The translations under genes were made by a program, and so were the position numbers. The notes beneath the pieces are model-generated. The model had not been told where the DNA came from. It was given only the letters and a program-made list of their open reading frames with translations, and did not search any database. From Eledone cirrhosa (taxonomy: Eukaryota), in the NCBI GenBank assembly GCA_964016885.1, contig OZ024742.1, forward strand, positions 280,302,001-280,366,000: a DNA stretch of 64,000 bases. The letters run 5' to 3'. Shown here piece by piece: positions 55,511-64,000 of this stretch (position 1 is its first letter; each line of letters begins with the position of its first letter).

Positions 55511-56810
55511 TATCTCTTTCTCTTAATTTCGAGTATATTTTTTTTGACCGGCCACCTTCCTGGTGGCAAGGTTGTAAAAGAAAAGAAATTGTCATCCCTT
55601 GAATCGCAAGAATGTTTTGCAAATTTTGAAGGTGCCAGCTATCGCAGCCATTTGTAGACTATGAATTAGGGAGCTGTGCTTTTTGTCCGCAAATCCAAGT
55701 TCAGTCATACTTTGGTCCAAGCGGGTTGGTATATAACCCGTAGCTCCAATAATGATGGGTATGAAGCTAACGGTGTATCTTGGATACTGGATTTGTAAAC
55801 TCCTCATCAATGGTCCGTAGATGTCCTCCTTCTCCTGTATTTTTCTGACAACGTTTACATCAAGTGGGCAGCTGATCTCCACAACAGAACACGTTTTCAA
55901 TGTGTGGTCCCAAACAACAATATCAGGCCGGTTGTGCTTTAATTTGGTGGCAGTTTTTATTTTCAGGTTCCACCAGTATTCCTTAGTGCCATCTGTCTCA
56001 ATATATTCTACCTCGTTTATTGTTAATTTTGTTTTCCGAAGTGCGTTCGAGATGGTTCTAGCTATCCCATCGTGTCTCAAGGGGAGGTAGTAGCGAGATG
56101 ACATTCTTTCGCAGCTGGCAACAATATGGCTTACATCCTCGATCTTTGTTTTACATAGCCTACATTTATTGTCAGCTGCTGGCCCTCCTCTTTTGTGCAG
56201 CAGATATTTGGTAGGGATTTCTTGTTCCTGTATTGCATAGAGATATCCCTCAAGGTGTGATGTCATAAACATGTCGGAACTCCATGCCAGGCTTTTTGAG
56301 TGGTTTATCCCCTCTATGGTCTGTGTTTTACGTCTCAAGTATCCATGCACAACTTTTTCTGTAAATTGGTCAATTGTTTTATCTTGTTTGAACATTGAAT
56401 AGGATCTTCCGATTTCTCTGGGTGAGAGATTTATATCAGGCTTTATTCCATATCTCTCCTCCAGATCAGTCGCTATTCTAATGATATTTTTTTTCATGCT
56501 CATAAACCTGGGCAAGATGGTTGCCAACCTTTTTCCTCTGTTGAAGATGTTGCTTCAGTGTTACTATACGAGTCTCATATGTTGTTAATATTGATTTTTG
56601 ACCCGGCCACCTTCCTTGCGTGAGAAGTATAGCCTATCCACATCACCATTGATGTTAAATTTCCCAGAAACACTGAGAAGTTTGCGAGTTCTAACATCCA
56701 TCTCACTTAGTTCTTGCAATGACCAGTTCAGCAGGCCAAATGTTGGCGTAGGTATTGGCACAGCATAAGTATTGTGGGCAATGTATTTGTTGTACGCTGA
56801 CAGTTCTGAT
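55511..56810 (-). mobile_element. 5'-truncated R4/Dong-like non-LTR retrotransposon inserted in (TACA)n
   Basis: DVDRLYFSRKEGGR region plus ORF 55592..56527; (ATGT)n tracts at 55463-55510 and 56812-56895. Confidence 0.85.
55592..56527 (-). pseudogene. C-terminal CCHC zinc finger + restriction-like endonuclease of the R4/Dong-like element
   Basis: CRLC..EDVSHIVASC, RHD, NRPDIVVWD..VVEISCP..EK..Y and IPIIIGATG. Confidence 0.85.
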
Positions 56811-56959
56811 GATGTATGTATGTATGTATGTATGTATGTATGTATGCATGTATGTATGTATGTATGTATGTATGTATGGATGGATGGATGTATGTATATA
56901 GGTATGTTATCTTCGCAGTCATAAAGTGAGACCAGTGGTTGACTACCATGCTGCTGTTT

Positions 56960-57151
56960 GGAGATGATACTCATCATGCCTGCCAAGCATGTGGCAGAGA
57001 GTGTAAATCAGCAGGAGGGCTCAAACGACATGCAAAAGTACATGAACTCCAGTCACAACCGGCTATTCCCAGTGAATGTTTTGGTTGCAAACTCTGTGCA
57101 AGACATTTTAGATCATTGGCAGAGCTAAAAATCCACTTTCTATCGCAGCAC
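56960..57151 (+). pseudogene. Isolated pair of C2H2 zinc fingers, probably a retroelement fragment
   Basis: CQACGRECKSAGGLKRHAKVH and CKLCARHFRSLAELKIHFLSQH; no TGEKPY linker. Confidence 0.55.
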
Positions 57152-57187
57152 TGTTATCGTGTGTGTATGTATATATAGATATGTATA

Positions 57188-57230
<43 letters not shown>

Positions 57231-57257
57231 ATATCTGCATATATATGTTTTTTTTAT

Positions 57258-57443
57258 TATTGGCAGTATCGGTAGAGGGTCAGACGCCATGCTTTGACGC
57301 ATAGAGTTAAGGCCCTTGTCATTCTGATTTCAAATGCCGCCGAGGTTAATTTTGCCTTTCATCCTTACGGGGTCGATAAAATAAAGTACCAGTAACGCAC
57401 TGGGGTAATTGCTGGCCTAGTGCCAAACATAGAAACAATTATT
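57258..57443 (+). mobile_element. SINE family 1
   Basis: Consensus match. Confidence 0.88.
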
Positions 57444-58306
57444 ATTGTTATTATTACTATTGTCATTATTATGTTTTTGTTTTTTTTCGTGCAATGACCA
57501 TACTCGATAACGAGGGGCCAGCCATCAGGTTTAAATGTATGTATGTTAGATCGCTCCCGAGTGATACTGGTAACATATAACCCAGTCTCATGGTCGGGTC
57601 GTTGGAGAAGAGGGAGATATTTGGACGCCCTGCGGGATGAATTATAAGACCCGGCAAAGGGCGGAGGCTCAGCAAAGTTTTTTTTTTTCTTTTTTTTTCC
57701 CAACACATGGGTAGTGTTTTCGATGCTCAGAGAGTGGGCTTAGTCGAGTGCAATGCCTTCCCCAACTTAAAAACCCTTCAAAGCACAGGCATTGCTTGTT
57801 CAGGATCTGTTACAGGTTTGTGTGGCTGGAGGTAGCCTAAAAGTGCACCAAACTCTATAATCTGCAATACTCTTAGCCGAGATTGCAGCCATCATGTATG
57901 TATAGAGAGTTGACTGAATCAGTACGTTTTATTACCATGTATATTTGCTAATTCTTTTCAGAATTCTGATGTATAATTAAACAAAGCCAACGACAAACAC
58001 GACATCAACAACAACAATATAAATGATATTATATAGAGAGGCACTAATATATGTATATATAACAAAAATTAAATCAAACACTTTATATTCCTCTCACACA
58101 TATATAGGCACAGACAGACACACACACATGTGTTTGTGAGTCTGTCTCTCTCTGTGTGTGTGTGTGTGTGTGTACGAACATGTGTGTGCTTGTATGTTTG
58201 TATGCATTCATAATACATGATTGATAGGCATATAAAATGTTAGATACATAAGAGTAAATATGTGCATAAATACATATGTAGTTAGGAAGACAAGTGAAAA
58301 AAAAAC

Positions 58307-58338
<32 letters not shown>

Positions 58339-58643
58339 GCGTGTGTGTATATGTATATGTGTGTGTGTGCGTACATGTGTCTGTGTGAATGTGTGTATGT
58401 GTGTATGTATACATAGATTGATTGATTGACAGGGAGGTACAAAAAATTCGGTAACTACTACAAATAGAAAGAATATGTGTGTATTTGTGTATGTATTTAT
58501 CGTGACACAGGTAGACATAAATATTGGTTTGTCTTCTCTTTAAGCGTTTATCATCTTAATCTCATACAAGTACAAAGATATATATATGTCTGTGTGCGCG
58601 AGTAGTGTTGTATTGATGTATGAATTACGGGGCGAGATAAGGG

Positions 58644-58741
<98 letters not shown>

Positions 58742-58832
58742 GTGAGTAGAGAGAGAATGCAGAATAGTTTAGAAAGATAAATAGACGCATAGAGATGTAC
58801 AGAAAAAAACAGACTGTGTGAGAGAGAGAGAA

Positions 58833-58916
<84 letters not shown>

Positions 58917-59488
58917 GATGAGAGAGTGAGAAAGATGGCGGCTGGAGAGAAGGTGACAGATACATAGTAACAGAAAAGGGAGTGAGTATGTCCAACGTTC
59001 GACCAAGACACATAAAACAAACACATTTAGAGAGATTTACAAACCAATTCTTTGAAAGGCAATTTTTCATTGAAATCGTATGAAAAAAATGGAAGGGAAA
59101 AACAACGAACCATCCAAACAAAGACGAGAAGAAAGCGAAAGAAAATAGAAAGCAACCATGTTACAGCCGATAAAGTATAACAATAACAAAGAAAATGAAC
59201 AGAACACTTAAAAACAAACAAACGTAGTATTTGTTTATCGTCTGACATCAGCGTTTTTCCCGCCTTTGATTTTAGCAGACGATATCTCTTTACTGAATTA
59301 TTACAATTTAAACACACGCATATGTTTAGACATTTCAAGGAGTGAAGAGTAAAGTTGTAATGATGATAGTATCAATGGTCGTGCTAGATGTGTCTTATGG
59401 TAGAATTGTTGTTTTGGGTGGTGGGTGTGGTGGTGATATTGACGTGTATGTTGAGGTTGTAATAGATAACATTGAATAAGAGAAAAGT

Positions 59489-59542
<54 letters not shown>

Positions 59543-60248
59543 AAGAAGAAGAAGAAGAAGAAGAAGAAGAAGAAGAAGAAGAAGAAGAAGAAACACGAAT
59601 GAATATCAAATTGAAGGCTAATATGAAGAAATGGTATCAAATAACAAAACAAAATCATTATCAAACTGATGGGAATTATGATAATCATCACTATTGTATT
59701 TATAGCCATTATAATTGATGGCGCATCTACAACACCATCATATGTATAGTTAAACTTCTATCCTTTCCAAATCGATAAATAAAGCACAAATCCAACAATG
59801 TGTGTTGACTCCTACTTTATATATCCTTCCCACATTCTTTCCGTTGTGTTCAGATACGGAAAGGAATAATTTGCAGCAAGTTTACACGCCCAAACGTTAC
59901 CCTATATAAATGTGGTGACACTACACTCTATCAGGGATCATATATATATATATATAATTATTTATATATACACACACGAAGATATGTAAGGTTAACATTT
60001 GTTTGTGTGAATCAATGTGCAGTCAAAGTAAACAAGGAATATTACTTATCAAAGTATTTTTCTCGACATGGTCTTTGCAGGAGGTACGGTAACAGTCCAA
60101 TTTGAGAGTTCAATGTACAGTGTCAAAGTGGAAGATCACGGAGAAAATATTAATTTAAAGCTATAGTATAGGAAAAACAAAGAAAAATACAATGTCGCTT
60201 GTTTCTCCTAGTTCTATAACTTTATACACACACATACATATATATATA

Positions 60249-60440
60249 TAATTGTTTCTACTTTTGGCACAAGGCCAGCAATAATCCCAGTGTATTACTG
60301 GTACTTTATTTTAACGACCCCATAAGGATGAAAGGTAAAGTTAACCTCGGCAGGATTTGAACTCAGACCATAAAGGGCCGTAACTCTTTGCTGCAAAGCA
60401 TGGCGTCCGACCCTCCACCGATACTGCCAATCCTCCGCCC
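60249..60440 (-). mobile_element. SINE family 1
   Basis: Reverse complement of consensus. Confidence 0.88.
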
Positions 60441-60531
60441 TTATGTATATAATGTATAGTAATATAATGTATAGTAACATATATATATATATGGAGGAAA
60501 TTGTAGTTTACTTGAAGCATTGCGTAGTGAG

Positions 60532-60719
60532 ATATAAACGTTTGGAGTTAGATTATCAGCATGACTTGGCAAGCTAATTAGAACACTGGATTTTACTTCC
60601 CTTTGAAAAAGAGATATTAATAAATTTAAGGTAAAAGACTAATTGTCAGCAATATCTTTTCCATTTGTATTTATATTCTATATCCATGCCTGCATCGTTC
60701 TGATCTTCTAACTCCAAAC

Positions 60720-60728
<9 letters not shown>
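60532..60728. mobile_element. MITE-like element, ~190 bp
   Basis: TIRs tataaacgtttggagttaga / tctaactccaaacgtttata. Confidence 0.65.
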
Positions 60729-60774
<46 letters not shown>

Positions 60775-61164
60775 CAAACTGCCTGATCAGTCAGATATGC
60801 AAATTAGCAGATCCACTGATCAGTCAGATTCGCATATCAGCAGACTGGCCAGTCAGTTTCCTGTATACGAGCGATCAATGGCCGACTTTTCCATATTTAA
60901 AAAAAAAAAAAAAATTAGCAAAGCCGGTCAATGATCGTATATGTATGTATATATATATATATATATTTTACGAATTACAATATATATATATTGTAATTCG
61001 TAAAGTCGCAAAAAAGCGACCTCTTCATTTCAGATGAGCTGCAAGCTTACTGGCTTAGACACACTTCAAATTTCAAAGGAGAGGCCTCTCTGTTTGGAAA
61101 TTACAAACTAATATAATTACACGGTGCGGTGTGGGTGTATTATTCGAGATTGTTATTGTTAGGG

Positions 61165-61348
61165 CTCTGATTAGAAACCATGATCATTTTGCTCTCGGTT
61201 TTTAAGTGCAAAGTTCAAATCTCGGCGAAATCAGCTTTGCCTTCTATTCTTTCAGGAACGATAAAATAAATATCAGTCAAGTAATTAAGTCGATTTAAAC
61301 TAACCACCGTTCCAATTTGCAGGCCTTGCATCTAAAATAGAAACTGTT
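61165..61348 (+). mobile_element. Old, decayed SINE family 1-related copy
   Basis: gttcaaatctcggcgaaatcagctttgccttctattc..cgataaaataaatatcag..ggccttgcatctaaaatagaaac. Confidence 0.65.
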
Positions 61349-62499
61349 GTTACATAGGGTGTGGTGTTTTTGATCATGTTGTTGCTGCTGTTATATGTTT
61401 ATTATTCTTGGATGTTATTGTTACATATGGTGTAGTAGTGATGATGTTACTTGTAGTGTTATCAATTTACTCTATTGTGTACGTTTTATTGTTCATTTTG
61501 AGATTCATGTTGGATATAAATGTCTATCAGTTTGTCAGTTTGTTATTCTGCCTGCCCGCCAGTTAGTCAGTTTAATCTAGGATTTGTTTTGTTTGTTGTT
61601 AGTTGATTGTTACTGAATTTTAATTCGCTTGTGTCTGTGTGTATATGTGTGTGTCTGTGGGCTTCCATAGTATAGTATGATTTATGTCTCGTTTTTTATA
61701 TAATGTTGCCAATTTCTTTTATATAATTAGGCTTGTATTTATTTATGTTGCATTGTGCAAAGTGTACTATTAGATACATCTGTAATTATTTCGTTGAATA
61801 TTTGTATTGCTTCGTCTATGTTAATGAATTCTAAAAATAAAAAAAAAAAAAAAAAAAAATACCTTATTCAGTTCCGTTATGTCTGTTAATTATTGACTTT
61901 TGAGCTTTCTGAAATTGTGTGACGTGGACGCAGCATCGTCAATTGTTCCAAAAGTTCGCTTCGCAATCATATGTTCCCCTGCTTCATTGTAATGCTAGAT
62001 ATTTTGTACAAGTATTATCCATCATAGTGTTGATTCAACACATTGATTCAACCCATTGTGAGTGAAATTTGGTAGCGTCAAACTGCTTAGAAGCCCGCCT
62101 GGACTGTACATCTAATTCAAAGGTCCAGCCTTGACACTGTGTCAGGCTGATCATCCTTAAGGATACACGTTAGGGAATTTGCTATTTATAGAGAAAATAT
62201 TTTTTGTGGAATCAACTCATATCGATTGCCACATGAGTCCATTTCATATTAAATCTACATAGGCAAAAATACGAAAAGAGACAGATTTATTTAGGGGCTA
62301 CACAATTTGGGGCCTTTGGGTGCTTTTTTGAATACTACGCTTAAGAGAATGAAAAATAGTTACTTCAAAACTTGATGATTGTAGTCAGGTACCTCTACAT
62401 CACCACCGTCACCATTAACTACACCCCCACCACCACCACCAGTACTAGCATTTTAACACAACCACTGCCAATACCGTTATTATTCCCCCACCACCATAA

Positions 62500-62675
62500 C
62501 TAAATACACCTCTACCTTCAATTCCAACACCCACCATCACCAAATACACCTCTACCTTCAATTTCAACACCCACCATCACCTATCTCTACACCACCACCA
62601 TCACCAAAAACACCTCTACCTTCAATTTCAACACCCACACCATCACCTATCTCTACACTACCACCATCACCAAAA
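62500..62675. repeat. Short C/A-rich tandem repeats (~40 and ~67 bp units)
   Basis: acacctctaccttcaattycaacacccac occurs three times. Confidence 0.8.
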
Positions 62676-62749
62676 TTGCTCTCGTATTTTCTCTACCATC
62701 ACTTCGAACTCGGGAAGACAATTTCACTTGCCGCAAAAAATCCACTAGC

Positions 62750-64000
62750 GAGAACATCTAGGGAGTGTTGGGAGAATTGAAAATCCCAATCTAAACGGAA
62801 CAAGAAAACATTTACACTTCAACCAAGGAATTGTATAAGGAGTATTAATGATTGGAAAAAGAAAATAACACTGAATAATCACTGACAAAGCATTTGCAAA
62901 GCGTGAGGTTTGGAAAGGTGATCTTGAGGAAATGTTTGACAATGCAAGCCAGGACGTACTCGAACGAAAGGATGTCCCATCTGAAGACTAAGTTTCCTTC
63001 AGACACAGCGAGATGGTCAGATGTCTTCATTTATGGCTGGTGGGAGCCATTTAGGAGAAGGAAATGAAGATTCATGATTTAAAAGCAAGAAAGAGAAAGC
63101 AGGATGAAGAAGTCAAGAAGATGTTTAAGAAACTAGCTCTTGGAAGTTTGTCATCCTGATGATGATGATGAAATCTTCAAGTCAGCAACGCTCTGAAGAT
63201 CACCGCGATTACATCCGAATCTTCGCGCCTCTTTTGTTGCCAGATGGGAAAGAGAGAAACTATTAGTACGACAAGTAAGTACTTCTTACATCTCAACTGC
63301 AAACAATTTGGTCATGATGTGTGTGAACTCCCGATTTATCCCTCAACTGTTTATCGAGCAAGAACTAGTCACCGTGAGATGGCGGCTAAGGAAATCGAGT
63401 TATCAGATTTCCTACTTAAAGACAGAACCTAGCAGATCCTCCTGAGGGATGGAAAATTATTACAATCGGCTTCCGTGTCGAGCACACTCCAAGATTGCAT
63501 GGCAGTTTTAATTACAGGAAAAGGAAATGGCAGCTCATAAATGATCTGCTTACAAGAGATGGAACTGGGCAACAGTTGCTGAATTTGTTTTGAAAGAAAT
63601 TAAACGACTCAAAATTGAGGATAGAACAACTAGTATGACATTCAGTACCATTGCCCACGACACCAGCCTGCACCAAGGAGCTAATACGAGCATTGAAATG
63701 TTTCAGCTCTGAAGAAATTCATTTACTGGCAGACTTGCCGCTATCACATTCCTGAACAGGTTTGGCAGAAATTATTTGAAATATTTCACCTATCATCCGC
63801 TCACAGTCTCCCACTGTTCAAAAGGTTCAAGAACATTGGGTCTCCATAGATAAGTTTCATTGTAAAATTATCCTGTACGAGGATGAGCACGAGAAAAAAA
63901 GGAGGAAATAGTTGTATATCATCTAACTGTTCTGAGATCACCATCCCCGAGTTCATAAAGATCTCACTTCTCTATGTTAGTGGTTTGTCATCAACCTAGC
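62750..64000 (+). pseudogene. Decayed DNA transposase, hAT-like
   Basis: MTFSTIAHDTSLHQGA and YWQTCRYHIPEQV resemble the FDTTxxNTG..GA and WLACRHHIxE motifs; many stops. Confidence 0.5.

Overview
AT-rich, non-genic eukaryotic DNA saturated with (TA)n/(TG)n/(GA)n/(AAG)n microsatellites and retroelements. The SINE repertoire and microsatellite load suggest an octopod cephalopod, which is an inference. No host protein-coding exon could be supported, and most ORF-track entries are microsatellite translations. Contents: a near-intact full-length Tx1/L1-clade retrotransposon (14089-19930) inside a (TATC)n tract; several Penelope-like elements (PLEs); decayed CRE, RTE, R4/Dong and hAT-like elements; about ten copies of one tRNA-derived SINE; and small MITEs. 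The most interesting signal is non-coding: at least nine type I hammerhead-ribozyme-like motifs from about five unrelated sequence families, plus two half motifs. Most sit in inverted or tandem PLE/retrozyme-like repeats next to (TA)n tracts, with compensatory base changes, palindromic stem III and a U3-A8 core variant. All folds were read by eye and none has been computed or tested.
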